Of a stretch of 64,000 nucleotides of DNA, positions 26,429-37,954 are shown in pieces. Under the pieces are notes generated by a model, which did no database searches, had not been told where the DNA came from, and worked only from the letters and a program-made list of their open reading frames with translations. The first letter of the stretch is position 1, and every line of letters starts with the position of its first letter. This DNA is from Candidatus Latescibacterota bacterium. GTDB lineage: Bacteria > Latescibacterota > UBA2968 > UBA8231. Location: positions 4,608,001 through 4,672,000 of the forward strand of contig OZ253462.1 in the NCBI GenBank assembly GCA_965261395.1. The letters are read 5' to 3'. The translations under genes were made by a program, and so were the position numbers.

Positions 26429-29400
26429 CTACTTCTTCGGGCGTCGTACCCCGTATTTCTGCATGCGGTAACGCAGCTTCTCCGGGTGCATACCCAACAA
26501 CGCGGCGGCACCATGCACACCATAGATCCTCCAGTGGGTCGCTTGCAGGGCCGCTAGGATTTGCTGCTTTTCGTCCACCTCTTCGACCGGCGGCGCTTCG
26601 TCCGCGTCCCCGGTTCGTCGTTCAGTCGGCGGGTGCTCCCCATCCCCGGCGGGCGGCGCAACCGACGGCAACGACACATCCTCCACCCGCATGACGCCAT
26701 CTTCGCACAGCAAGACCGCGCGGTGGATCAAGTGCTCTAACTCCCGCACATTCCCCGGCCAAGCATACCCCTGCAAGTGCGCGACCACCCCCTCGTCTAG
26801 CGTCGGCACCGACCGCTTTAGGTCTTGGGCGAACCGCGCCACAAAATACGCCGTCAAAGTCGGTATATCCTCTCGCCGCTGCCGCAGCGGCGGAAGCGCT
26901 AGCGTGAAGACGCTCAGACGGTAGAACAGGTCTTCGCGGAACGTGCCCTCCTGTACATCCTGCCGCAGATCGCGGTTGGTCGCCGCCACCACCCGCACCT
27001 CCACGGTTACAGGATGCTCGCCACCGACGCGGGTCAGGGTCTTCTCCTCTAAAATGTGCAGCAGCACCCGCTGGGCTTCTAACGGCAAATCGCCGACTTC
27101 GTCCAGAAAGAGGGTGCCGCCATCGGCTAGTTCAAAGCGCCCGAGCTGGCGGGTGTCTGCCCCGGTAAAGGCCCCTTTCTCGTGGCCAAACAGCTCGCTT
27201 TCGACCAGCCCGGCGGGCAGCGCCCCGCAATTAACTTGGATAAAGGGCCGCTTGCGGCGGGTGCTTGTTTCGTGGACGGTCCGAGCGAGCAAACCCTTGC
27301 CGGTGCCGGTCTCGCCCAGCACCAGCACATTCATATCGGTCTCGGCTACCCGCGAGACCTGTCTCATTACCTCGTGCATGACTCGACTGTGGCTCTGCGC
27401 CATATGGTCAATAGGCCGGAGTGTCCTTTCGAGGGCGTCGATGCGCTCGGTTTTGGCGTCGGGGAGGACCTGAATCTTCAAGCCGACTACCCCGGACCTC
27501 AGGCCATCCCGGTCTATGGTCTGCACCTCAAAGCGGTAGTCACCCACCGGCAAGGCGTTATACGCCACTACATTGGCGGTGGTGAACGCGCTCCACTGTT
27601 CTGCTGGGCCGTAGCCTAACAGGCGGTGGCTATAGCGCATCAGCTTCGCGCCGGTGCGGAAGCTGATACCTTGGAAGCGAACGCGAATTTCCGGGGTGTG
27701 CTCTATACAGGATACGGCTTCGGGCGCAGCAAAGAGGCTCCCGGCCATCACCTCGCGGATCACCAAGCACGGAGACGTGTCGCCGGGCTGGTAGGCGACC
27801 AGTCCGGCCCGCGTCCCAAACCACAGTTGGCCATGGCGGTCGCATTGGATAGCCTCGACTACGTTTCCGAGAGCAGATGGTCCTAAGCGGATGCTTTGAA
27901 AGGTCTGGCCGTCGTAGCGGATCACTCCCCCGCCGCTGGTCCCGATCCAAACATTGCCCTGCCGGTCGGCCGCCAGCGCCAAGATGCCATTGGCCACCAG
28001 CCCGGAATTATTGGCGGTAAAGTGGCCCACCTGCCCCGACGAGCGGTCGAGGATGAAAAGCCCCTTAGCCGTACCTATCCACAAGGTATTTTGATACTCC
28101 CACAAGACATTGACATAGGCGATGGTCTCCGCCTCGGCCATATCCACCGGGCGAAATTGACCGTCTTTGTACCAATAGAGCGCCGGTATTCTTGCGTAGA
28201 AACCAATCCAGAATACCCCGTTTTGGTCTTGCAGCAAGGAACGACACTCGTCGCCTGCCCACTCGTCGAAGGGGATGAAGCGATTGGCTTCTATCCAGCC
28301 GAAGTGGCCCTGGAGCGTGCCAATCCATATACGCCCTTGCTGATCTGTGCACAGCCCGGTGATTTTTTCGGCGTGGGTCTCTTCAGTCACCGTGATCACT
28401 TGCGGCGTTTGGCCCCCCCACTTGTACACCCGGCCGGTGTCCCCACCACTCCAAACCTGCCCCTCTTCATCCACCACCATCGCCGAAACGGTTTCATCCG
28501 TATTGAGCGGACAGATTTGGCCCTCTTCCATATAGGCCATACCGCCCATCGTGCCGATCCACATCCGTCCCCCATGGTCTTCTCCCAAATGGCAAATCTC
28601 GCGGTCGGGCAGGCCGTCGGCTTCCGTGTAGCACCGGATGCTGGCCGGATCGCAAAAAATCAGCCCGCCGCCCCAAAGCCCGATCCAGATATTGCCCTCG
28701 CGGTCCTCGTAGGTCAGGCGCGTACCCGAAAAGTCTGCATCCGGCAGGGAGACGGAAAAATGATGCCACTCTTGATCATTGTGTACAACCACCCCTCGGC
28801 GTGCCAGCCAGAGTCGGTCCCCATCGTCAGCCCGCACGTGCCGCACCCCGTTCTGCGTGCCCCTATCGGTCTTATGGCCCACATGGATGAATGCAAACTG
28901 CTCGTCTCGCGGATCGTAGCGGCCAATAAAGGTTTCGGGGGCCGTGTACAGGAAGGCGATCCACAGATGGCCGGAAGAGGTTTGGGCGAATTTCCAAGGA
29001 TGTTGAATCGCCTCCTCGTCAATACCCATGCACCGCCCATCTAAGCTGATGATGCCTCGGTCCCACGTCGCCAGCCAGGTAGTACCCGCCGCGTCGGTGG
29101 CCATATCGTACACCCGCCCCAAAGGTTGGCCGCCAACTTCGGTTATGAGCTTTGTGCAGCGATCTTGGGCAAACCAAGCCACGCCCGCGCCAGTCAACGC
29201 CACAATCGAACCATCCGGCTGGACTTGCAAACCCATGATCTCGTTGGAAGGCAGGCCGTGCTCAGTGGTGTACACCTGAAAGCCGCGCCCGTCATAGGCG
29301 GCAATCCCCCCGCCGAACGTGCCGAACAGCAGCCGCCCGTCGGCTTCCTCGGCAATGGCCATGACCGTCAGATTGGGCAGGCCGTCTTTGAGGCCAAAGT

Positions 29401-29563
29401 TATCAAAATGGGCGCTGTCGAACCGGCTGACGCCGCCGTCGGCCGTGGCGATCCAGAGAAAGCCCTGGCGGTCTTGGTAGATGTCTTCCACGTGCATCCC
29501 AGCCAGCCCATCAAAGACCGTGTACTGGCTGCTCAACACGTGCTCAAAGGATATGTCGCTCAT
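26429..29563 (-). CDS. sigma54 enhancer-binding protein with N-terminal beta-propeller (Reg_prop/Y_Y_Y) sensor
   Basis: Repeated D..G.LWIGT.GG blades, Y_Y_Y-like region, GETGTGK, GAFTGA, LFLDE, WPGNVREL, C-terminal HTH. Confidence 0.9.
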   Translation of the reverse strand: MSDISFEHVLSSQYTVFDGLAGMHVEDIYQDRQGFLWIATADGGVSRFDSAHFDNFGLKDGLPNLTVMAIAEEADGRLLFGTFGGGIAAYDGRGFQVYTTEHGLPSNEIMGLQVQPDGSIVALTGAGVAWFAQDRCTKLITEVGGQPLGRVYDMATDAAGTTWLATWDRGIISLDGRCMGIDEEAIQHPWKFAQTSSGHLWIAFLYTAPETFIGRYDPRDEQFAFIHVGHKTDRGTQNGVRHVRADDGDRLWLARRGVVVHNDQEWHHFSVSLPDADFSGTRLTYEDREGNIWIGLWGGGLIFCDPASIRCYTEADGLPDREICHLGEDHGGRMWIGTMGGMAYMEEGQICPLNTDETVSAMVVDEEGQVWSGGDTGRVYKWGGQTPQVITVTEETHAEKITGLCTDQQGRIWIGTLQGHFGWIEANRFIPFDEWAGDECRSLLQDQNGVFWIGFYARIPALYWYKDGQFRPVDMAEAETIAYVNVLWEYQNTLWIGTAKGLFILDRSSGQVGHFTANNSGLVANGILALAADRQGNVWIGTSGGGVIRYDGQTFQSIRLGPSALGNVVEAIQCDRHGQLWFGTRAGLVAYQPGDTSPCLVIREVMAGSLFAAPEAVSCIEHTPEIRVRFQGISFRTGAKLMRYSHRLLGYGPAEQWSAFTTANVVAYNALPVGDYRFEVQTIDRDGLRSGVVGLKIQVLPDAKTERIDALERTLRPIDHMAQSHSRVMHEVMRQVSRVAETDMNVLVLGETGTGKGLLARTVHETSTRRKRPFIQVNCGALPAGLVESELFGHEKGAFTGADTRQLGRFELADGGTLFLDEVGDLPLEAQRVLLHILEEKTLTRVGGEHPVTVEVRVVAATNRDLRQDVQEGTFREDLFYRLSVFTLALPPLRQRREDIPTLTAYFVARFAQDLKRSVPTLDEGVVAHLQGYAWPGNVRELEHLIHRAVLLCEDGVMRVEDVSLPSVAPPAGDGEHPPTERRTGDADEAPPVEEVDEKQQILAALQATHWRIYGVHGAAALLGMHPEKLRYRMQKYGVRRPKK

Positions 29564-29731
29564 ACTCGTCCTTCCGACGATTGGGAGGTCCGGCCAAACG
29601 GCACAACATCCGTTTAATACATGAGCTTCCCCTAAGATATGATCGCCGACACTCTAAAACTACTCCTAGCTGGAGGGGTTGGCCTTCCTACTTGTACACT
29701 CGGTCCGCGTCCCCCCGCCCCTTTGCGCTTC

Positions 29732-29760
29732 TTGACAAGGATACACCGCTAAGCTAGCAT
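29732..29760 (+). promoter_or_regulatory. Putative sigma70 promoter
   Basis: TTGACA-N17-TAGCAT. Confidence 0.45.
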
Positions 29761-29773
29761 GTACATACCCAAC

Positions 29774-30439
29774 ATGTTAGCTGCCCGCATCTTCAAGACG
29801 GTGCTCGCGCCCGCCCTCGTCTTGCTCCCCTCCCCCAACCCGAGCGTTGTGCGCGATATGGACCGCGACATCGACGCCTTGCAACGCGCCGAGTGCGAAT
29901 ACCGGGGCATTGTGGCCCGCTTCGACGAACTCACTCGCGCCTATATCCTGCAAGCATACGAAGACGGCCAACTACTTCGCTGGCAGGCCCAGCCCAGCCC
30001 CTACAACCCCGAAACCGAGACCTTGGTCACCGCGGTCTTTACCGCAGCCGGCCCCAAGGCATCCGCTCCACTGCCCGAATTGGCCCATCTTCGCGCCCAG
30101 AGCGGGGCGGGCGCCGGAGTCACCTGGCGTTACAGCAAGCTAGCCGCCGTGCGGATCGCGCCCCACGGCGACTTAGCTCGCGACGCTATGGCCGTGTTTA
30201 GAGCCACGGTTGACGACTTTGTCGAGCGCATGGTGTACGCACCCGCAGGCGGCGAACTGCGCGCTGCCCCCGATCCCAACGCCCCAGTGCTAGCTCACGT
30301 CGAGGCGGGTGCGGTCTTGCTCGTCGAGGAAGAGCGAGCGGGCTATGTCCGCGTGCGCCAGCCGCCAGCGACTGCGGCCGGGTGGCTGGAACGAAAGCAA
30401 GTGCGAGTCGTTGAAAAAGCCGATGGACGCGATTATTGA
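29774..30439 (+). CDS. Hypothetical secreted protein with C-terminal SH3b-like domain
   Basis: [14 protein letters not shown]...YVRV...GWL; start may be 29759 or 29774. Confidence 0.6.
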   Translation: MLAARIFKTVLAPALVLLPSPNPSVVRDMDRDIDALQRAECEYRGIVARFDELTRAYILQAYEDGQLLRWQAQPSPYNPETETLVTAVFTAAGPKASAPLPELAHLRAQSGAGAGVTWRYSKLAAVRIAPHGDLARDAMAVFRATVDDFVERMVYAPAGGELRAAPDPNAPVLAHVEAGAVLLVEEERAGYVRVRQPPATAAGWLERKQVRVVEKADGRDY

Positions 30440-31121
30440 AATACACAACCTGACCAAGACCTACGACATGGGAGCGACTGCGGTCCACGCCCTAAACGAG
30501 GTGGACCTCTGCGTGGCCACGGGCGAATACGTAGCTATCATGGGGCCGTCGGGATCGGGCAAGAGCACCTTGCTCAACATCCTCGGCTGCCTCGACGTGC
30601 CCACCTCGGGCAGCTATGCCCTCGGCAATGTCCGCGTCAGCGATATGGCAGATGACGACTTAGCGAGGATCCGCAATCAGGAGATCGGCTTCGTCTTCCA
30701 AACCTTTAACCTCCTACCCCGCGCCAACGCCCTAGGCAATGTCGAGCTGCCGCTGATCTACAGCGGCCTACCAGCGAGCCAACGCCGCGAGCGGGCTGCC
30801 CATGTCCTCGCGTCCGTAGGCTTGGCCGATCGCATCGACCACCGACCCAACGAGCTGTCCGGCGGCCAGAAGCAACGCGTGTCCATTGCCCGCGCCCTCG
30901 TCAACGAGCCCTCCATCATCCTCGCCGACGAGCCGACCGGTGCCCTCGACTCCCGCACCGGCAACGAGATCATGGACCTCTTCGACCAAGTACACGCTGC
31001 GGGCAACACCATCCTCCTGGTGACGCACGAAGAGCACCTCGCCCGCCGCAGCCACCGCATCGTCCGCTTCCGCGATGGCCGCATCGAAAGTGATTGCCCA
31101 ACCGAGGAGGCCGCCCTGTGA
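30423..31121 (+). CDS. ABC transporter ATP-binding protein (MacB/LolD-like)
   Basis: [24 protein letters not shown]. Confidence 0.92.
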   Translation: MDAIIEIHNLTKTYDMGATAVHALNEVDLCVATGEYVAIMGPSGSGKSTLLNILGCLDVPTSGSYALGNVRVSDMADDDLARIRNQEIGFVFQTFNLLPRANALGNVELPLIYSGLPASQRRERAAHVLASVGLADRIDHRPNELSGGQKQRVSIARALVNEPSIILADEPTGALDSRTGNEIMDLFDQVHAAGNTILLVTHEEHLARRSHRIVRFRDGRIESDCPTEEAAL

Positions 31122-32299
31122 GAGCGATTTTCTGCGCCCTAGTGCTGTGCGCCTGTCAGGGCGCGCCGCCCGACCTGCCCACGGCCAAGGTCGTGCGCGA
31201 TGATTTTGCGGTGACGCACTTTGAGGGGGGCGAGGTGCGAGCGGCCAGCGGCGAAGTTGTGGCGTCGCCGCGGATCGGCGGTCGGCTCAAGATCGTTCAC
31301 CTCTGGCCCGAAGGAGAGCAAGTGGATGTCGGCGACTTGATCCTCCAGTTCGACCCAGCCGAGTTTGAACGGGAGATGCTCGACCGCGAGGGCCGGCTCG
31401 AACAGGCCCACTCGGACTTTGCCAAGGCCAAGGCCGAGCGCGGGCAACGCTTGGCCGACATCAAGCGCAATATCCAGCAGCAGCAGGCCGAGCTCAAACT
31501 CGCCGCGCTCAACCGAGAACGCCAAGAGTTCGCCTCGATCATCGACCAAGAGCAAGGACGTATCAAGTTGCAAAAGGCCCGGCGCGCGGTGGCGGAAGCG
31601 CGGCAGGAATCCACAGCCCAGGAAGTGGTCAATCGCGTAGATTTTCGCAAGCACGAGCTGAACATTGCCCGCAGGCAGGAGCGCTACCAAAGAGCGCGGC
31701 GCGACTACGAACGCACTAGCATCCGCGCCGAAAAGCCGGGGATCGTGGTCTATCGCAAAATCTGGAAACCCGGCACCGACGAGGAGGGCAAAGTCGCGGT
31801 CGGGGACCAAGTCTGGGGCGGTCGTGCCTTGCTCGACATACCCGATTTGGACAAGATGCAAGTGCTCTGCCTGATCGGCGAAATGGACATCGAGCGCCTG
31901 CACGTCGGCCTTCGAGCCTACATCCGGCTCGAAGCCTTTCCCGGCCCAGTCTTTAATGGGGTAGTGTCCGAGCTGGCACCCATGGCCTCGCCCCAGCCCG
32001 GTGCACCCGATATCCAAGTCTTCGAGCTAGTAATCGACATCGACGAGCAGGACGAGCGGCTCAAGCCCGGCATGTCGGCCGAGGTCGAAATCGTCCTCGA
32101 AACCATCCTCGAGGCCCTCTCGGTGCCGCTGAATGCCCTCTTCGAGCGCGAGGATGGCCTAGTCGCTTTCCGCCTCGCCAACGGAAAATTCGCCGAAGTG
32201 CCCGTAGTGATCGGGCACAAAAACGCCACCGCGGCGGTCGTCGCCTCTGGCTTGGCCGCAGGCGATGTCGTCGCCCTGCAAGACCCCAATACGCGCTAA
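31118..32299 (+). CDS. Efflux periplasmic adaptor (MFP) 1
   Basis: GTG start overlapping upstream stop; EGEQVDVGD, coiled coil, LKPGMSA. Confidence 0.85.
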   Translation: MRAIFCALVLCACQGAPPDLPTAKVVRDDFAVTHFEGGEVRAASGEVVASPRIGGRLKIVHLWPEGEQVDVGDLILQFDPAEFEREMLDREGRLEQAHSDFAKAKAERGQRLADIKRNIQQQQAELKLAALNRERQEFASIIDQEQGRIKLQKARRAVAEARQESTAQEVVNRVDFRKHELNIARRQERYQRARRDYERTSIRAEKPGIVVYRKIWKPGTDEEGKVAVGDQVWGGRALLDIPDLDKMQVLCLIGEMDIERLHVGLRAYIRLEAFPGPVFNGVVSELAPMASPQPGAPDIQVFELVIDIDEQDERLKPGMSAEVEIVLETILEALSVPLNALFEREDGLVAFRLANGKFAEVPVVIGHKNATAAVVASGLAAGDVVALQDPNTR

Positions 32300-32315
32300 A
32301 GCGAAAGAAGCTCTT

Positions 32316-33668
32316 ATGACCCAGATCAAACGCCGATGGTGGATTCTCGCCCCGCTCTTAGTCCTCGTCCTAGGCGGGGCCTGGCTTGGTGAGCATCTGA
32401 TATACAAAGAAGCCGAATCCTCCATCCCTACGTATCCAGTCCAGCAGGGCGAGTTCGTCATCGCGCTCAAGCTCAAGGGCGGCGAGTTGGAAGCGGTAGA
32501 GGCCGAAAACGTCGTCGCGCCCCGCGTTAGAGGCCAGCTCAAAATCGTCGAGTTGTTTCCCGAAGGAGAGCAGGTCGCAGTAGGCGACTTATTGGTGCAA
32601 TTTGAACAGACGGATTTTCAGAAGCGGGTCATGGACGCCGAGCAGCAGGTCGAGTCCTCCAAGGCCGACCTAGAAAAAACGCAAGCTACCCACAAGGCCG
32701 AAATCGCCAAGCTCGAAGCCGATATTGCCAACGAGGAGGCCAATTTGCGCTTGGCCGAGCTGCAGGTAGAGCGCATGGTCTTTGAGGCCACCGTGCAAAA
32801 GGAAGAAGCCGAAATTGAGGCCTACAAAGCCAAGCTGAGCCATCAGCAGGCCATCGAAAAGCTGGCCTCGCAAAAGATCGTCAACGGCGCTGAAGTCAAA
32901 AAGCGCCAACTCGAAATCGAGCGCAACGAACGCGAGTTGGCAAAGGCGCGCGACGATCTGGCAAGCACGACCATCAAGGCCGAAAAGCCCGGTTTAGTCG
33001 TGTACGGCAAGGTCTGGAAGGGCGAGCGGCCGGAAAAGATCCGCGTCGGCGACGAGATCTGGGGCGGCGTCAACGTCATTTCCCTGCCCGACCTCTCGCA
33101 CATGCAGGTCAAAACCTATGTCAACGAGGTCGAAGTCGATAAGCTCGACACCGGACAAGTCGCCACCATCAAGCTCGACGCCCTGCCCGCACCAGCGTTC
33201 CACGGCAAAATCAATAGCATCGCCTCGCTCGGCCGCGAGAAGGAAGGCGAAAAAAACGTCAAAGTCTTCGACGTGATCATCCAGATCGAAGAAGAAGACG
33301 TCCGCCTCAAACCCGGCATGACCGCCACCTGTCACGTCGTCGTCGAGACCATCCCACCTAGGCCGACGGCCGATCCAGACTCCGTGCAAAGCGAGGCCGC
33401 CGAGGTCGCAACCCCCGCACCCATGCCCCTCTACATCCCCATAGACGCGGTCTTTGAGAAGGATGGGCGCACCCTCGTCTATCGTCTAGTGGGCGGCCAG
33501 CCCAAGGAGCAGGAAGTGAAGCTGGGCCAGAAAAACGAGGACTTTGTCATCGTCGAGGAGGGGCTTGCGCCCGACGACCGCATCGCCCTGCGCGATCCGC
33601 TCCAAGCAGCCGACGCCAGCGGCCTCATGCAGGAGGCCGACGCCTTGCCCCCGCCCCAGGCGCACTAA
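32316..33668 (+). CDS. Efflux periplasmic adaptor (MFP) 2
   Basis: N-terminal TM; EGEQVAVGD, LKPGMTA; paralog of preceding gene. Confidence 0.85.
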   Translation: MTQIKRRWWILAPLLVLVLGGAWLGEHLIYKEAESSIPTYPVQQGEFVIALKLKGGELEAVEAENVVAPRVRGQLKIVELFPEGEQVAVGDLLVQFEQTDFQKRVMDAEQQVESSKADLEKTQATHKAEIAKLEADIANEEANLRLAELQVERMVFEATVQKEEAEIEAYKAKLSHQQAIEKLASQKIVNGAEVKKRQLEIERNERELAKARDDLASTTIKAEKPGLVVYGKVWKGERPEKIRVGDEIWGGVNVISLPDLSHMQVKTYVNEVEVDKLDTGQVATIKLDALPAPAFHGKINSIASLGREKEGEKNVKVFDVIIQIEEEDVRLKPGMTATCHVVVETIPPRPTADPDSVQSEAAEVATPAPMPLYIPIDAVFEKDGRTLVYRLVGGQPKEQEVKLGQKNEDFVIVEEGLAPDDRIALRDPLQAADASGLMQEADALPPPQAH

Positions 33669-34906
33669 TGGACCTACGCGAAACCGTCTCTTTGAGCCTA
33701 GTCGGCCTGCTCTCGCACAAGCTGCGGACCCTGCTGACCATGCTCGGTATCATCTTCGGCGTGGCCGCGGTCATTGCCATGCTGTCCATCGGCGAGGGTG
33801 CCAAGCAGGAATCCCTCGAACAGATCCGTCAGATGGGCATTAGCAATATCATCGTCCAGCACTGGAAAAAAGAAGCCGACGAAGAGACCGACGCCGACCA
33901 GAATCGCTCTCCGGGCCTGACTTGGGACGATGCGCGGTCGATTGCCCGCATCTGCCTTTTGGCCGACTACGTCACCCCCCAGCGCGAACTCAAAGTCAAA
34001 GCCCAAGCCCAAGATCACACCTTCCGTACCATGGTGGTGGGCACGACCCCCGACTATCTGACCGTGCTCGACGCCCGCATGGGCAGCGGGGTGTTTTTTT
34101 CCACCGAGGACCTGAAAGACGCCAAGCGCGTCTGCGTATTGGGCGCAGACGCCAAGCGGGCGCTGTTCTTTTTTCACAATCCCTTGGGCGGCCGGGTCAA
34201 AATTCGCAACCAGTGGTTTACGGTCATCGGCGTGCTCCAAGACAAGGGCGCGGCCGGCGGCAAAATCGGCGGGGTGCTCGAAGTGCGCAACACCGACGAG
34301 GACATCTACGTCCCGCTGACGGCCCTGCTCAACCGCTTCCACCGAGAGTCGGGCGCGCCCGAGCTAACCCAAGTCACCATCAAGATCCCCAACTCCGACC
34401 AACTGCCAGAGGCCGCGGCCATCGTCCGCACCATCCTCAACCGGCGACATCGCGGCGTCGAGGACTTCAAGATCGCCATTCCCGAAGAGCTGTTGCGCCA
34501 AAGCCAGAAAACTCAGCAGATCTTCAACATCGTCATGGGCTGCATCGCCGGCATCTCCCTGTTGGTCGGCGGCATCGGCATTATGAACATCATGTTGGCC
34601 TCGGTGCTCGAGCGCACGCGCGAAATCGGCATCCGCCGCGCCTTGGGCGCACGGCGGCGCGACATCCTCTCGCAGTTTTTGGTCGAATCGCTGTTGGTTA
34701 GCTTAATCGGCGGCCTGATTGGAGTGGTGCTGGGCTACGCCATCCCGGAAGTGATCACCCTGTACGCGGGCTGGCGCACCATCGTCCAGCCCTGGACCAT
34801 TGCCCTCGCCGTTGGGGTCTCGGCCGCGGTCGGCATTGGTTTTGGCATCTACCCGGCCCGTCAAGCCGCCTTCCTCAACCCCATAGACGCCCTGCGCTAC
34901 GAATAG
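33668..34906 (+). CDS. MacB/FtsX-type ABC permease
   Basis: LTMLGIIFGV, GGIGIMNIML.SVLERTREIGIR. Confidence 0.92.
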   Translation: MDLRETVSLSLVGLLSHKLRTLLTMLGIIFGVAAVIAMLSIGEGAKQESLEQIRQMGISNIIVQHWKKEADEETDADQNRSPGLTWDDARSIARICLLADYVTPQRELKVKAQAQDHTFRTMVVGTTPDYLTVLDARMGSGVFFSTEDLKDAKRVCVLGADAKRALFFFHNPLGGRVKIRNQWFTVIGVLQDKGAAGGKIGGVLEVRNTDEDIYVPLTALLNRFHRESGAPELTQVTIKIPNSDQLPEAAAIVRTILNRRHRGVEDFKIAIPEELLRQSQKTQQIFNIVMGCIAGISLLVGGIGIMNIMLASVLERTREIGIRRALGARRRDILSQFLVESLLVSLIGGLIGVVLGYAIPEVITLYAGWRTIVQPWTIALAVGVSAAVGIGFGIYPARQAAFLNPIDALRYE

Positions 34907-34969
34907 CCTTTTGACGACGACCACCGTGTGTCCTTACTTACTTAGCCCACCCGCAAGCGAGGAGGCCGC

Positions 34970-35158
34970 ATGATCCGCTTTAAGAGAGAAGAAATCGAAC
35001 AGATGCTCGAAGAGCGCAAACCCAACATCAACCTGACCACTTATCAGCACATCAAAAAGGCCATTGACCAAGGCACGGAGAACATGGACCCGTACACCCT
35101 GTCCAATATATGCCGAGATCTCAAGTGCCTGCCCACCGACATCGTCGAATATGTCTGA
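34970..35158 (+). CDS. Small putative HTH protein
   Basis: RBS GAGGAGG; TLSNICRDLKCLPTDIVEY resembles Cro/C1 HTH C-terminus. Confidence 0.55.
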   Translation: MIRFKREEIEQMLEERKPNINLTTYQHIKKAIDQGTENMDPYTLSNICRDLKCLPTDIVEYV

Positions 35159-35197
35159 GGGCCTCGTTGCTCTGCACCACCGCTCAGGCGCGTTCCA

Positions 35198-35554
35198 ATG
35201 CAGGCCCTAGGCCGCCATCTACTCGTCGATCTCTATGGCTGCAACCGCGAGCGACTCGACGATCCAGACTATATCGCCGCCGAGCTGCAGGCCGCAGCCC
35301 AAGCGGCCGGCACCCGCGTCTTGGGCACGGCGTTTCATCGCTTCAGTCCGGGGGGAGTCACCGGCGTGCTCATCGTCCAAGAGAGCCATTTGGCCGTCCA
35401 CACGTGGCCCGAGCGCGGTTATGCCGCCCTCGACCTCTTTACCTGCGGCCACCAGACAGACCCGTGGGCAGCCTATCAACGGCTCAAGCGCGCCTTCGCC
35501 GCAACGCGGGACAATGTAGTGGAAGTCAGCCGAGGGTTGCAGGTGAGCGAGTGA
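35198..35554 (+). CDS. speD: S-adenosylmethionine decarboxylase proenzyme
   Basis: LGRHLLVDLYGC, ESHLAVHTWPE, DLFTCG. Confidence 0.88.
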   Translation: MQALGRHLLVDLYGCNRERLDDPDYIAAELQAAAQAAGTRVLGTAFHRFSPGGVTGVLIVQESHLAVHTWPERGYAALDLFTCGHQTDPWAAYQRLKRAFAATRDNVVEVSRGLQVSE

Positions 35555-35615
35555 GGTTCCTCGTCCCCAAAATCCCCTGTACCCTATAAAACGCGGAAAA
35601 GCTAGCTAGAGCGGG

Positions 35616-36506
35616 CTATTCCTCACCCTCTAACATGCAGCGTAGGTAGACCCGGAACGCCTCAGTGCGTTCCTCAACCACGGCCCGTAGCTGGAGAATT
35701 TCCTGCTGACGGGCCTTTAGTTTGTGAATTTTCAATGCGACTTCGGCGATCGACGATTCGAGATCAAATTCGGCCAAGGATTCGTCTCGCCTGAGAAACC
35801 GCACTTGCTCGCGCGGCTGTTCTCCACTGACCAAAACCCGCTCCTCGGGCCGCCGCGCTTTGGCCCGTGTCTGCTCCGCCCGAGCGCACAGCCGGTGCTC
35901 GGCCTCCAAGCGGCGCAGCAGGTCGGCGTTGACGCTCCATTCGGCCTTGAGGCGGTCAGCTATATCCTCCAATAGCGCTTGCTTTTGCTGGAGTTCGTCC
36001 GGCCCGTCATCCACCTCAATCTGCATCTGATCGTTGTAGTGCAAGTTCGCGCTGTAGATCCCGACCCCGAGCAGCTCCCGTGCCTCCTGATAGAGCGTAA
36101 GTTGGGCCGACAGGCCCCGATCTGGCTGCTCGGCTAACTTCTGGATGAGCACGCCGATTTCCCAGTCGTAGGCGAGGCACAAGCGCTCGGCCAAACTGTC
36201 CTGCCGCGCCTCTAAAGCCACCAACTTCCAGTCGATTTGGACCATGTGCTGCACCAACCTGAGTGAGGAGCGCAGGGCTTTCCATAGCTTCGCGGAATCC
36301 ACTGCACTCAGCTTCAGGCTGTCGATAAGGGCCGACAGTGCTTCGGCTTTGGCCGCAACCCGCAAGCGCTGGCCGGCGAGGGAATCGCGCTGGCTTTCCA
36401 AGGCGCGATATTGGGCCTTTAGGTCGCCCAACCCAACCGAATCCCCATGCAAGGATCCGGGCAGTGCCTGCCCCAAGACCAATAAAAAAATGAATGAGCT
36501 TTTCAT
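35616..36506 (-). CDS. Secreted coiled-coil hypothetical protein
   Basis: Signal peptide, heptad-rich; abuts response regulator. Confidence 0.6.
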   Translation of the reverse strand: MKSSFIFLLVLGQALPGSLHGDSVGLGDLKAQYRALESQRDSLAGQRLRVAAKAEALSALIDSLKLSAVDSAKLWKALRSSLRLVQHMVQIDWKLVALEARQDSLAERLCLAYDWEIGVLIQKLAEQPDRGLSAQLTLYQEARELLGVGIYSANLHYNDQMQIEVDDGPDELQQKQALLEDIADRLKAEWSVNADLLRRLEAEHRLCARAEQTRAKARRPEERVLVSGEQPREQVRFLRRDESLAEFDLESSIAEVALKIHKLKARQQEILQLRAVVEERTEAFRVYLRCMLEGEE

Positions 36507-36508
36507 CG

Positions 36509-37938
<1,430 letters not shown>

Positions 37939-37954
<16 letters not shown>

